DNA from: Bacteroidales bacterium
GTDB taxonomy: Bacteria > Bacteroidota > Bacteroidia > Bacteroidales > ML635J-15
Direction of reading: 5' to 3'
Length of the DNA: 64,000 bases
Assembly (NCBI GenBank): GCA_017620015.1
Contig: JAFZRE010000022.1
Location: 73,173 to 137,172, forward strand
Below the pieces are notes generated by a model. It did no database searches, was not told the origin of the DNA, and saw nothing but the letters and a program-made list of their open reading frames with translations. A program made the position numbers and the translations under genes. This document shows, one piece after another, positions 33,984-43,314 of this stretch. Position 1 is the first letter of the stretch. Every line of letters begins with the position of its first letter.

Positions 33984-34436
33984 TTATTCTGCTTCGGTTA
34001 TAACGTTGAAAGTGAAGTTAGCCTTGATGTTCTTGTAAAGGCGAACTGCTGCATTGTACTTACCAACTTCCTTAATCGACTTGTCCTTCATGAGGATGTT
34101 CTTGCGGTCGATTTCGAATCCCTTAGCTGCGAGTGCTTCAGCGAGCATAATGGTGTTGATTGAACCGAATATCTTACCAGTTGACGAAGTCTTGGTAGCG
34201 ATAGTAAGTTCGAGTCCTTCCATCTTAGCTGCGAGTGCTTCAGCTTCTTCGCGGAGCTTAGCTTCCTTGTGTGCTCTCTGCTTCATGTTTTCGGCATGAA
34301 TTTTCTTTGCAGTTTCGGTAGCAAGGATAGCGTAACCTTGAGGAATGAGATAATTTCTTCCGTATCCGGGCTTTACATTAACGATGTCGTCTCTGTGTCC
34401 TAAGTTTTCTACGTCTTGTTTAAGTATGATTTCCAT
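33984..34436 (-). CDS. rplI: 50S ribosomal protein L9
   Basis: MEIILKQDVENLGHRDDIVNVKPGYGRNYLIPQGYA is the canonical L9 N-terminus. Confidence 0.97.
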   Translation of the reverse strand: MEIILKQDVENLGHRDDIVNVKPGYGRNYLIPQGYAILATETAKKIHAENMKQRAHKEAKLREEAEALAAKMEGLELTIATKTSSTGKIFGSINTIMLAEALAAKGFEIDRKNILMKDKSIKEVGKYNAAVRLYKNIKANFTFNVITEAE

Positions 34437-34453
34437 TTCTATTCCTCCTTTAA

Positions 34454-34723
34454 TTATTTCATCATATCGGTTACGTATGGCAACAATGCAAGGTGTCTAG
34501 CTCTCTTGACAGCCTGAGCGACTTTGCGGTGGTACTTCAACGAAGTTCCGGTCAAGCGGCGAGGCAAAATCTTACCCTGTTCGTTCAAGAATTTCTTGAG
34601 GAACTGAGGATCCTTGTAGTCAACATATTTAATGCGGCTTCTGAGGAAGCGGCAATATTTTTTCTTCTTTACTTCAACTGCCAATGGAGTCAAGTATCTG
34701 ATTTCTGAATTGTTCTGTGCCAT
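34454..34723 (-). CDS. rpsR: 30S ribosomal protein S18
   Basis: [32 protein letters not shown]...[20 protein letters not shown]. Confidence 0.97.
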   Translation of the reverse strand: MAQNNSEIRYLTPLAVEVKKKKYCRFLRSRIKYVDYKDPQFLKKFLNEQGKILPRRLTGTSLKYHRKVAQAVKRARHLALLPYVTDMMK

Positions 34724-34725
34724 AA

Positions 34726-35073
34726 TTATTCCTCCACCTTTTTAGTTTCCTGTTCTCTTCTCTTCTTTTCGCTGTAAGCTACTGCGTGCTTGTCCATCTT
34801 GAAGGTAAGGAAGCGCATAATCTTTTCATCACGTCTGTACTCGGTTTCGAGCTTGTTGATGAAAGCACCTTCTGCCTTGAATTCAAACAAGTGGTAGAAG
34901 CCTGTAGTTTTCTTCTGGATTGGGTAAGCCATTTTTCTTAATCCCCAGTCCTCTTCGTGTACCAACTCACCATTGTCGGTGATGTACTTCTTGAACTTTT
35001 CAACCGTTTCCTTCATCTGTGGCTCAGACAAAACGGGAGTTGCAATGAAAACGGTTTCGTACTGATTAATCAT
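34726..35073 (-). CDS. rpsF: 30S ribosomal protein S6
   Basis: [19 protein letters not shown]...[12 protein letters not shown], in the conserved rpsF-rpsR-rplI order. Confidence 0.95.
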   Translation of the reverse strand: MINQYETVFIATPVLSEPQMKETVEKFKKYITDNGELVHEEDWGLRKMAYPIQKKTTGFYHLFEFKAEGAFINKLETEYRRDEKIMRFLTFKMDKHAVAYSEKKRREQETKKVEE

Positions 35074-35128
35074 AATCTTTAAAAATCAATTTGTTAATAA
35101 ATAAAATACTTTAAAATTTTTGTGGGAG

Positions 35129-35136
35129 CAAAAGTA
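35129..35136 (-). promoter_or_regulatory. -7 box TACTTTTG for rpsF-rpsR-rplI
   Basis: The plus strand reads caaaagta, 56 nt upstream of the rpsF ATG. Confidence 0.5.
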
Positions 35137-35417
35137 CAACATATTTTTGAATTGACGAAATATTCTTTCGCTTTTTTTACAGGCTTACGCACCCCACACT
35201 AACAGACTAATAATCAATACAATAAAACAAAATAACAAATATATCAGCCCCGACAACCTAACAATTGGCGACAGCCAAGATTTAAACTAGGTGCACAATG
35301 CCAATATATATATAAGGTATCTTAGCAAACGAATGCCAGTCCCATATCTAAAAAATTGTTAACGGCAATTGCCCATTCATAATTATTGCTTACCTTTACG
35401 GCAAATTTTCATCTGGA

Positions 35418-36017
35418 ATGAAAAGATGCATATTTGCAATATTACTCACAGTGCTGACATTGTCGGTTTTCGCACAGAACGACAAACTATATCTCTACAA
35501 ACCAGACTCGTCAGCAATGGTAAAAAACAAACACGAAAAAGATTCACGCTTCGTAAGCCGAATAAGCACAGGAGTATCTGTTGGCGGTTTTGGCGGACAC
35601 GCATTCGGAACCGGCTTTGTTGCTCCAGAATTTGGCTACAAGGTAACCGACAAGTTTACCGTTTCTGGCGGATTTGCAGTCTCCTACTCCATGTTTTCGG
35701 CTTCGGCAAATTCAGAAAGCAAAAGTCCGTACGGATTTCCACGATACACATTATTTGCCAAAGGCTCGTACTCAATTACACCAAAGATTAACGTTTATGG
35801 TGCGGCTGCCGTCAGTTTCTGCGACTACTACAACGGCGACAAAGCCTCGTTTTCGGGATACTTCGGCGCCGACTACAAGATTACCGACAAATCGACCATC
35901 AGCATTGCGGTAAGCGTACGGAAAGGCAATCATCCACTTATGCCCGAATACGGACTTTACCCAATGGCACCAACAACATTTTCACCGATGTTCCAAAATG
36001 AACTCTTCGCTAGATAA
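35418..36017 (+). CDS. small secreted / outer-membrane beta-barrel-like protein, unknown function
   Basis: Signal peptide MKRCIFAILLTVLTLSVFAQ. The sequence is Gly/aromatic-rich with alternating strand patterns. Confidence 0.5.
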   Translation: MKRCIFAILLTVLTLSVFAQNDKLYLYKPDSSAMVKNKHEKDSRFVSRISTGVSVGGFGGHAFGTGFVAPEFGYKVTDKFTVSGGFAVSYSMFSASANSESKSPYGFPRYTLFAKGSYSITPKINVYGAAAVSFCDYYNGDKASFSGYFGADYKITDKSTISIAVSVRKGNHPLMPEYGLYPMAPTTFSPMFQNELFAR

Positions 36018-37893
36018 CAAACGTAACGGCAAGGAGATTCAACACACTAATATCCTCGACTATTTTCCAACCTCAGTCAAGGAACTGAAGGCTTTTGGCT
36101 GGGACTATATCGATGTTATACTCGTCAGCGGTGATGCTTTTGTTGACCATCCGTCGTTCGGTCCTGCAGTGATTGCAAGGGTTTTGCAGAACGCAGGCTA
36201 CCGCGTAGCAGTAATTCCACAGCCCAACTGGCAGGACGATCTACGCGACTTCCGCAAGTTTGGTGCACCACGCTTGTTCTTTGGCGTTTCGGCAGGCAAT
36301 ATCGACAGCATGCTTAACCACTACACCGCCAACAAACGTCTCCGTAGCGACGATGCCTACACGCCAGGTGGACAAAGCGGACATCGTCCCGACTACGCAA
36401 CAAAGGTTTACTGCAAGATACTCAAGGATATATATCCCGACACGCCAATCGTTATCGGTGGAATTGAAGCCTCGATGCGCCGTTTTGCCCACTACGACTA
36501 CTGGCAGGACAAAATATTGTCGTCGATGCTCGAAATGTCGGGTGCCGACATACTTTGCTATGGGATGTCGGAAAAGTCGATTGTGGAAGTCGCCGACCAC
36601 ATAAACCGCGACGGACATCACTACAACTGCTTCAATATAAGGCAGATCGCCTACCTCAGCGACGGAAACGACAAGAAGAAAGACGACATTGAGCTTCACT
36701 CCTACGCCGAAATCCTTGCCGACAAGCGCAACTACGCCGAAAATTTCGTCATCGTCGAGCGCGAAGCCAACTCGTTCACCAACAGGCGCATAACCCAGCA
36801 ACTTGAACATTCGAAACTGATTGTAAACCCGACATACGAACCACTTTCCGAAAGCGAAATGGACAGCATTTATGCACTGCCGTTTACTCGACTTCCGCAT
36901 CCGCGCTACAACGGCAAGCCCGACATCCCCGCCTACGAAATGATAAAGAACTCGGTGACAATACATCGTGGCTGCTTCGGTGGCTGTTCGTTCTGCACCA
37001 TAGCAGCACATCAAGGCAAGCAAATTTCGAGTCGCTCCGAAAAATCAATAATCGCAGAACTGGAACGCATTTCCAAGATGCCGAACTTCAAGGGGCACAT
37101 ATCCGACATCGGCGCACCGTCGGCAAACATGTACCGCATGCATGGCAACGACGAAGAACTCTGCCGCAAATGCAAGCGTCCGTCGTGCATAGCACCTAAG
37201 ATTTGCCCCAACCTAAACACTTCGCACGAAGAACTTTGCAAACTGTACAGGAAAGCATTGGAAGTCAAAGGCATAAAGAAAATAAGCATAGGCAGTGGAA
37301 TACGCTACGACATAGCCCTGCACAAGACCGGCAATGCCGAAACCGACCGCATAAACGAAGAATACATTGAACTTGTAATATCTAAGTTCGTGTCGGGACG
37401 ACTGAAAGTCGCTCCCGAGCACACCTCGTCCAAAGTGCTGGAACTTATGCGCAAAACACCTTTCGACAAGTTTGGGGAACTGAAAGCCTTATTTGACCGC
37501 ACAAACAAGAAATACGGGCTAAAACAACAGCTTATCCCATATTTTATCTCGGCGCATCCAGGTTGCAAGGAAGAAGATATGGCCGAACTTATGGCGCAAA
37601 TCAGCGACCTCGGCATCTGTCCCGAACAAGTGCAGACCTTCACCCCTACCCCGATGACCCTCTCTACTGTGATGTACTACACCGAACTGAATCCATACAC
37701 AATGGAAAAGGTTTATGTACCGAAGTCGCGCGAAGAACGTGAAAATCAGAATATGTACTTCTTCTGGTACACCCCGGATGCACGCAAGAAGATTGAAAAA
37801 CGGTTGCACCAGCTTGGTCGCGACGACATATTAAAGAAAATGAAAGTGTCCAATTCCAGAACAAACAACAACAGTTACCGTAAAAATGGCTAA
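35998..37893 (+). CDS. ygiQ: YgiQ-family radical SAM protein (UPF0313)
   Basis: The N-terminus GWDYIDVILVSGDAFVDHPSFG matches E. coli YgiQ. The radical-SAM cluster motif is RGCFGGCSFCTI. Confidence 0.88.
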   Translation: MNSSLDNKRNGKEIQHTNILDYFPTSVKELKAFGWDYIDVILVSGDAFVDHPSFGPAVIARVLQNAGYRVAVIPQPNWQDDLRDFRKFGAPRLFFGVSAGNIDSMLNHYTANKRLRSDDAYTPGGQSGHRPDYATKVYCKILKDIYPDTPIVIGGIEASMRRFAHYDYWQDKILSSMLEMSGADILCYGMSEKSIVEVADHINRDGHHYNCFNIRQIAYLSDGNDKKKDDIELHSYAEILADKRNYAENFVIVEREANSFTNRRITQQLEHSKLIVNPTYEPLSESEMDSIYALPFTRLPHPRYNGKPDIPAYEMIKNSVTIHRGCFGGCSFCTIAAHQGKQISSRSEKSIIAELERISKMPNFKGHISDIGAPSANMYRMHGNDEELCRKCKRPSCIAPKICPNLNTSHEELCKLYRKALEVKGIKKISIGSGIRYDIALHKTGNAETDRINEEYIELVISKFVSGRLKVAPEHTSSKVLELMRKTPFDKFGELKALFDRTNKKYGLKQQLIPYFISAHPGCKEEDMAELMAQISDLGICPEQVQTFTPTPMTLSTVMYYTELNPYTMEKVYVPKSREERENQNMYFFWYTPDARKKIEKRLHQLGRDDILKKMKVSNSRTNNNSYRKNG

Positions 37894-38977
37894 GCTACTT
37901 TTCATACACTACAAGAAATCGAGAAATATCCTCGAAGGCGGCGAACAATGCACGAACCGCAACCGTTCGGCTTTGGCAAAGATTGTTGGAGAAAACAACC
38001 TAACATCCTACCACATACACGAAGACAATGAAAAGAAAAGCCTGTTTACGATGCTAGGCAGCGGCATACTTTCAATCTTCAACTACTACTACGGACTTTC
38101 GCCACGACGGGTAAAGAAAATCGTAGCGATGGCACAGGGATACGACTATGTCTTTATTGACCGCAGCGTGTTCGGCATTATTGCCAAGGCGCTAAAAAAG
38201 AACGGGTACAAAGGCAAGATTATAACCTTTTTCCACAACGTGGAAGTTCCGTACTTCAGGGCAAAGCTGAGCCACAACTGGCTTGCAAGGCTTTTACTGC
38301 TTGGCTGCATCGACAAAAACGACAAGTACTCGTGCGAATACTCCGACAAGCTTATTGTACTGAACGAACGCGACCGAAACGAAATAAAAACAAGGTACGG
38401 ACGAATTGCAGAGTCGGTAATCCCAATTTCACTTGCCGACAAATGCCAAAACAAGCCACAAAGCCAAGAAATGACATCGGATAAGCCGCTTTGCATGTTC
38501 CTTGGCTCCTATTTCCCACCCAACAACGAAGGCATAATCTGGTTTGCAAAGAATGTGCTTCCGCATGTAAGCATAAGGATGAAGATTGTCGGCAAAGGAA
38601 TGTCGCAGTTAAGAAACGACGAGCCGGAACTGATGAAAGACATTGAAATAGCAAGCGATGTCCCAAATCTGGAACCGTTTTTTGAAGAAGCCGACATTAT
38701 GGTTCTGCCCATTTTTTCGGGAAGCGGCATGAAGGTAAAGACCTGCGAATCGCTCATGCACGGCAAGAACATCATCGGCACAAGCGAAGCATTTGAAGGT
38801 TACGATATCGAGACCGAAAAGGTTGGCGGCAAATGCAACACGGCAGAAGAATTTATCGCTCTGCTAAACGATTTTGCAAAGAATCCACGGCCTAAATTCA
38901 ACGAATATTCGCGAAATGCCTTCCTCAAGAACTATTCTGAAGATGCTGTAATTGAAAAGTTTAGGGAAATATTTTAA
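37886..38977 (+). CDS. glycosyltransferase, GT-B fold (GT4-like)
   Basis: 363 aa. The C-terminal domain has MKIVGKG...ADIMVLPIFSGSGMKVKTCESLMHGKNIIGT (EX7E-like). It has an 8-nt overlap with the ygiQ end. Confidence 0.7.
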   Translation: MAKLLFIHYKKSRNILEGGEQCTNRNRSALAKIVGENNLTSYHIHEDNEKKSLFTMLGSGILSIFNYYYGLSPRRVKKIVAMAQGYDYVFIDRSVFGIIAKALKKNGYKGKIITFFHNVEVPYFRAKLSHNWLARLLLLGCIDKNDKYSCEYSDKLIVLNERDRNEIKTRYGRIAESVIPISLADKCQNKPQSQEMTSDKPLCMFLGSYFPPNNEGIIWFAKNVLPHVSIRMKIVGKGMSQLRNDEPELMKDIEIASDVPNLEPFFEEADIMVLPIFSGSGMKVKTCESLMHGKNIIGTSEAFEGYDIETEKVGGKCNTAEEFIALLNDFAKNPRPKFNEYSRNAFLKNYSEDAVIEKFREIF

Positions 38978-39103
38978 AATTATGGCTGACTCTTTTAATA
39001 CAATAATCAATAGCTCTCTGAGCGTTAGTCGAAGAGGCGTAATTAATGACCCCTTCACTTCGACAAGCTCAGTGGGCGGTATTATTCAGAACATTATAGT
39101 CCT

Positions 39104-40021
39104 ATGATTTCGATAATCGTCTGCACATACAACCGAGCCAAGTACCTATACGATGCCCTTGCAAGCATCGCCAGCAACGACTTTCCTCGCAACGAATACG
39201 AAATCATACTCGTAAACAACAACAGCATCGACGACACCGAAGAAAAATGCCAGCAGTTTGCTGCGAATTTCCCCGATGTCAATTTTAGATACTGTACAGA
39301 AAGCAAGCAAGGGCTTTCGTTTGCCCGCAACAAGGGCATAGCCGAAAGCAATGGCGACATTCTTGTCTTTCTTGACGATGATGTTGTCGTAAAGTCCAAT
39401 TACCTTAGAAATCTAAAGTCGAACCTCAACAACACGCCAGACCTGATGGCTTTCGGCGGAAAGATAACACCACGATTCGAAGCAGGGCATCCGCCCAAGT
39501 GGCTTAACAGATGGATGTATTCGCTGATTTCGGCAACCAACTGCCCCGACAAGACGCAAAAATACAGCAAACGCAAGTACCCAATTGGTGCAAACATGGG
39601 ATTCAGAAGGCAATGCCTCGAAAAAAGCGGTTATTTCAACACCGAGCTTGGTCGTACCGGAAACATTCTTCTTGGTGGCGAAGAGAAAGACATTTTCATC
39701 AAAATAAAAGGCTTGGGAATGGGAATCTACTATTTCCCCGATGTTGAAATAGAACACATTATCCCCGAATCGAGAACAACGGAAGAATACATAGAGCGAG
39801 TTGGCCTAGGTGTTGGCATCAGCGAGCGGATACGCTGCACATCCGCAGGTAAGCGAAGCCTGCACAAGCGTCATTTTCAAGAATTTGTAAAATGGTGCGG
39901 CACAATAGTGCTTGCTACTTACTACACACTTACATTCAGATTGCAAGTGGCAAAAGTGATGTGGAAGTTTAGGAAGAATGTGACAAAGGGACTGTCCTAC
40001 AAATCAAGTCTTCTGTACTGA
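39104..40021 (+). CDS. glycosyltransferase family 2
   Basis: ISIIVCTYNRAKYL, ILVNNNSIDDT, and FLDDD as the DXD motif. Confidence 0.85.
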   Translation: MISIIVCTYNRAKYLYDALASIASNDFPRNEYEIILVNNNSIDDTEEKCQQFAANFPDVNFRYCTESKQGLSFARNKGIAESNGDILVFLDDDVVVKSNYLRNLKSNLNNTPDLMAFGGKITPRFEAGHPPKWLNRWMYSLISATNCPDKTQKYSKRKYPIGANMGFRRQCLEKSGYFNTELGRTGNILLGGEEKDIFIKIKGLGMGIYYFPDVEIEHIIPESRTTEEYIERVGLGVGISERIRCTSAGKRSLHKRHFQEFVKWCGTIVLATYYTLTFRLQVAKVMWKFRKNVTKGLSYKSSLLY

Positions 40022-40692
40022 CGCTCAGGAGACGCAATGATACAAGTTTTCCGAGTTTTTTCTGTCCAATTCTTCACTGGTGTCATAAAATCATCTCCAT
40101 AAATATCGCGTAGCCACGATTCTGCCTTAGCTGCCATGTAGAATTTATGTCCAAGGAATTCAACTTCATCAAATTCAGTTCTCTCTACAGGAAAAATAAA
40201 TGTTGGAAATCCATCGGTTTCGTTTGCCGTACGCCAATCCTTGAATTCGTGCTTTCGCGGTGGACTGCAAGCTATTCTTTGTTCGTCAAAGTCATAATAG
40301 TAATAAATATCAATAGGAACGCCATCGTATTTGAACTGGTCAATTGTAATGCGTCCATTTGATTTGATATACGACTGCTTTAAAAAAGTAAAGCCATTTT
40401 CCTTGAATATATCAATGATGTTATCAGGGCGTTCGGAAGCGAGCATACCAAGGTCAATGTCGAAATCGTACGGAATAAATCCTTTTTCACGATATGCGCC
40501 AAGCAAAAGTCCAAAGCAGAAAAACACCTTGATATTGCGCTCGCGCATCATTGCATCTACCTTTGCAAGGACATCAATACCTCTTTCCTTTATTGCCTTG
40601 GCTTCCTTCTTTTCGATATATTTGTTCGCTTTCTTTACGATAAACTTGTATATGCCCAAGGCAGAAGCAATCTTCACTAAAAATTTTCTCAT
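39997..40692 (-). CDS. LicD-family phosphotransferase (CDP-X:glycan phospho-head-group transferase family)
   Basis: FFCFGLLLGAYREKGFIPYDFDIDLGM matches the LicD LLGAVRH.GFIPWDDDID signature. It converges on and overlaps the GT2 gene by 25 nt. Confidence 0.75.
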   Translation of the reverse strand: MRKFLVKIASALGIYKFIVKKANKYIEKKEAKAIKERGIDVLAKVDAMMRERNIKVFFCFGLLLGAYREKGFIPYDFDIDLGMLASERPDNIIDIFKENGFTFLKQSYIKSNGRITIDQFKYDGVPIDIYYYYDFDEQRIACSPPRKHEFKDWRTANETDGFPTFIFPVERTEFDEVEFLGHKFYMAAKAESWLRDIYGDDFMTPVKNWTEKTRKTCIIASPERQYRRLDL

Positions 40693-40702
40693 AGCATCAG
40701 TT

Positions 40703-41341
40703 TTATTTTTCTGCCACTATTGCGTAGAAATGAGTATTCGTCCACCTGTTGCACTCTGGCGGATAAATATCTGCAACTTCAATATTGCAATATCCTATTT
40801 TCTTCAAATTAGCTACTTCCTTGTCGATATACCTGTACTGTGCAAAATAGTTGGTTTTCTGTTCTTCAGAATAACCTTCAACAGTAACATCCTCTGTTAC
40901 ACCGAACTGGTTCTTTATTATTATTTTACCACCTTTCTTAAGATTACCGAAATACTTGGTGTAAATCTTCACCGATTCTTCCTCGTTGAAATAATGCATG
41001 GTTCCGAATATGGTAATCAAATCGAAAAGGCTATTGCTTGGTGTGTAGTCATCAAATGTATGATTTACAATTTCAACATTGGAAGATTTTACAATGAATT
41101 TTGTAAACGACTCAAAAGGCTCAACCGCAACAATTCGCTTAACCTTGTCGTAAATTTTATTAACTACCAATCCTGTTCCGCTACCCAAGTCAAGTATCTC
41201 GGTATTAGCGTTGCTGTATTTCAAAATAAAATCAGCATCCATCTGCGAAAAGTCGCTTGCATTTGCAAGTTTTACCGACTTCTGGTCGTTTGTATTTTGA
41301 GACATGCGCTCAAAAAAATCCAATGCTTCCTTATTTTCCAT
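40703..41341 (-). CDS. class I SAM-dependent methyltransferase
   Basis: Motif I is ILDLGSGTGLV, followed by IVAVEP and LKKGGKIII. Confidence 0.8.
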   Translation of the reverse strand: MENKEALDFFERMSQNTNDQKSVKLANASDFSQMDADFILKYSNANTEILDLGSGTGLVVNKIYDKVKRIVAVEPFESFTKFIVKSSNVEIVNHTFDDYTPSNSLFDLITIFGTMHYFNEEESVKIYTKYFGNLKKGGKIIIKNQFGVTEDVTVEGYSEEQKTNYFAQYRYIDKEVANLKKIGYCNIEVADIYPPECNRWTNTHFYAIVAEK

Positions 41342-42050
41342 AGTAATCTTTTGTCAAATCGTATATCTTGTCGGCAAGAACCTCAAGAGAATCAATAACA
41401 TTTGTATCGTCAGAATGATAATCCACCCTTATGTCGGTACAACCCATAACAACTGTATCGCAACCTTTTTCAAGCAAATGAACGCGGACTTCCTCAAATA
41501 TCCTAGCAGGTCTTTCTGGCGAATCCAAAGCATCAAACCTGTGAATATTCTTTACATTGCAGATTCCTTTTGTAACGTTCTTCTGCACCATAGGTTCGGG
41601 ATAGACAAGCTCCACTTCGGGGCAAATCTCTGCGAAGTAGCGCTCGTAAACCTTTCCGCCAAGACATCCATCAGAAGCAACAAGTCCTACCTTTTTCGCT
41701 CCTAACTGCTTGCATTTCAAAGCAACTTCTGCGATAAGGTTTATGAATTTCACGCCTACCTTACTTTCGATTTCCGGCAAGGCATAATGAGCTGTATTGC
41801 AGCACATACATATGGTATCGGCTCCAGCATTTTTCAGTTTGATTCCTACATTCACATAGTCGTCGATATAACTTGGACCCTTACCTTCGAGATACATACT
41901 TCTAGATGGAGCCTGAGTGGCCTGATAGATAATCATTTCGGGATGATGGCAGTCGCGAAACGCACCATTTCTGGTATATTTCTCCTCTATCAATTCGCAA
42001 AGCTTGTTTGTCGCCGCTACTCCTGCCGCTCCTATTACACCAACAACCAT
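41331..42050 (-). CDS. Asp/Glu/hydantoin racemase-family protein
   Basis: VVGVIGAAGVAAT at the N-terminus, MCCNTAHYAL (first Cys motif) and VVMGCTD (second Cys motif) fit the two-Cys racemase fold. Confidence 0.75.
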   Translation of the reverse strand: MVVGVIGAAGVAATNKLCELIEEKYTRNGAFRDCHHPEMIIYQATQAPSRSMYLEGKGPSYIDDYVNVGIKLKNAGADTICMCCNTAHYALPEIESKVGVKFINLIAEVALKCKQLGAKKVGLVASDGCLGGKVYERYFAEICPEVELVYPEPMVQKNVTKGICNVKNIHRFDALDSPERPARIFEEVRVHLLEKGCDTVVMGCTDIRVDYHSDDTNVIDSLEVLADKIYDLTKDYYGK

Positions 42051-42052
42051 AA

Positions 42053-42685
42053 CTACCAGTTCTTTGTTATTTCCATTACCCTCTTATAATCATCGTAAGT
42101 ATCTATGTCGTAAGCTCTTACTTTTATGCCTTTCATAGGCAAATATGGTTCAAGCTGGTTAAACACATTACCCGACGAATATTGTACCTTGCGCTTCATT
42201 ATGCAGGCCGGTCCAGTCCATTCGTAGTCGCCAGTCTCGCGCGAAAAGGCAAGCACATCGCCGTTCTCGTCGGTCTGCACAAACACAGCCTCGTCGGAAC
42301 TCTTGTCGGCATAGCAGATAAATTCGCCATCTGTGGCTAATATTTTCTTCACATCGTCGGGGTGAACAAGCAGGTCGCCGTCCCATTCAAGCACATATTC
42401 CTTTGCATCGACAGCACCCAGATAGAAACTTGCACCAGTCTTTGTCTCAAAATAACGGTGATTGTAAACAAACACCACATCTTTCCTGTGCTTCAGCACC
42501 TCCTCTATTATGTCGTTTGCCTGATAGCCGATGACAATACGAACATCCTCGACATCCTTAAACAGTTCCAACTGCCATGCAATCAACGACTTGCCATTTA
42601 TCTTAATCAAGGCCTTTGTCTGCCCCAATCCGAGACGCGAACCTATTCCCGCACAACTTATAACAACTGATTTAACTGACGACAT
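42053..42685 (-). CDS. nucleotidyltransferase (LicC/MobA-like NTP-transferase fold)
   Basis: VVISCAGIGSRLGLGQTKALIKINGKSLIAWQLE matches the G-x-G-t-R-l signature of sugar/alcohol-phosphate cytidylyl/nucleotidyl transferases. Confidence 0.75.
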   Translation of the reverse strand: MSSVKSVVISCAGIGSRLGLGQTKALIKINGKSLIAWQLELFKDVEDVRIVIGYQANDIIEEVLKHRKDVVFVYNHRYFETKTGASFYLGAVDAKEYVLEWDGDLLVHPDDVKKILATDGEFICYADKSSDEAVFVQTDENGDVLAFSRETGDYEWTGPACIMKRKVQYSSGNVFNQLEPYLPMKGIKVRAYDIDTYDDYKRVMEITKNW

Positions 42686-43263
42686 AAGGCTTTCTCATTA
42701 AAAATCAAATAATTAGTTATAGGCAAAATACTCTTCGACGGTGAGTGTGTCATCCCTACGGCTATAGCCACATCGGCCACACGCATAGCTTCCATGTCGT
42801 TGTTGCCGTCGCCGATGTAAACAACTTTGTATCCTTCTTCCTGATACTTCTCCACCACGACTTCCTTGCGCAGAATTTTAGTCAGCTTTACAACTTTGTT
42901 GTTCTCGACAATAGCATCAGAGCAATAAGCCTCGCAACCAAGTCTAGCAAGCAACTTTTCCGACCAGCAAAGCAAGTTTCCCGTTGCAACAACGCACTGT
43001 TCCTTGTGCTCACGGATAAAGCCAACAAGTTCCGGATACATATTTACATTTTCCAACAAATTAGCAACCTCATCGACGGGCAGTTTACCAAGTATGAAAA
43101 CGCGACGTATAAAGCTTTCCACAAACGGAATGTCGCCCTGTATGGTCTCACGCGTAAGCTGTTCGATTTCCTCCTGCACATTGAAATGCTTTGCCATCAA
43201 GGGCAAAGTTTCCTCGGAAGTTATCGTCCCGTCTAAATCGAATATGAATTTTATTTTCGACAT
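42658..43263 (-). CDS. HAD-IB (phosphoserine-phosphatase-like) hydrolase
   Basis: In-frame part of ORF 42658..43293, with start MSKIKFIFDLDGTIT (DxDGT motif I). Motif IV is YIGDGNNDMEAM. Confidence 0.8.
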   Translation of the reverse strand: MSKIKFIFDLDGTITSEETLPLMAKHFNVQEEIEQLTRETIQGDIPFVESFIRRVFILGKLPVDEVANLLENVNMYPELVGFIREHKEQCVVATGNLLCWSEKLLARLGCEAYCSDAIVENNKVVKLTKILRKEVVVEKYQEEGYKVVYIGDGNNDMEAMRVADVAIAVGMTHSPSKSILPITNYLIFNEKALCRQLNQLL

Positions 43264-43314
43264 ATACCTTTTAGGCTTGTAAACAAACTGCAAAGTTAAT
43301 AACTTTACCGAACA

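Noticed and set aside
40331-41398. 355-aa + strand ORF
   Set aside because: It is antisense to the LicD and methyltransferase genes, which have clear family motifs. The + ORF is F/I/L/N-rich, as expected from reading an AT-rich coding region backwards.
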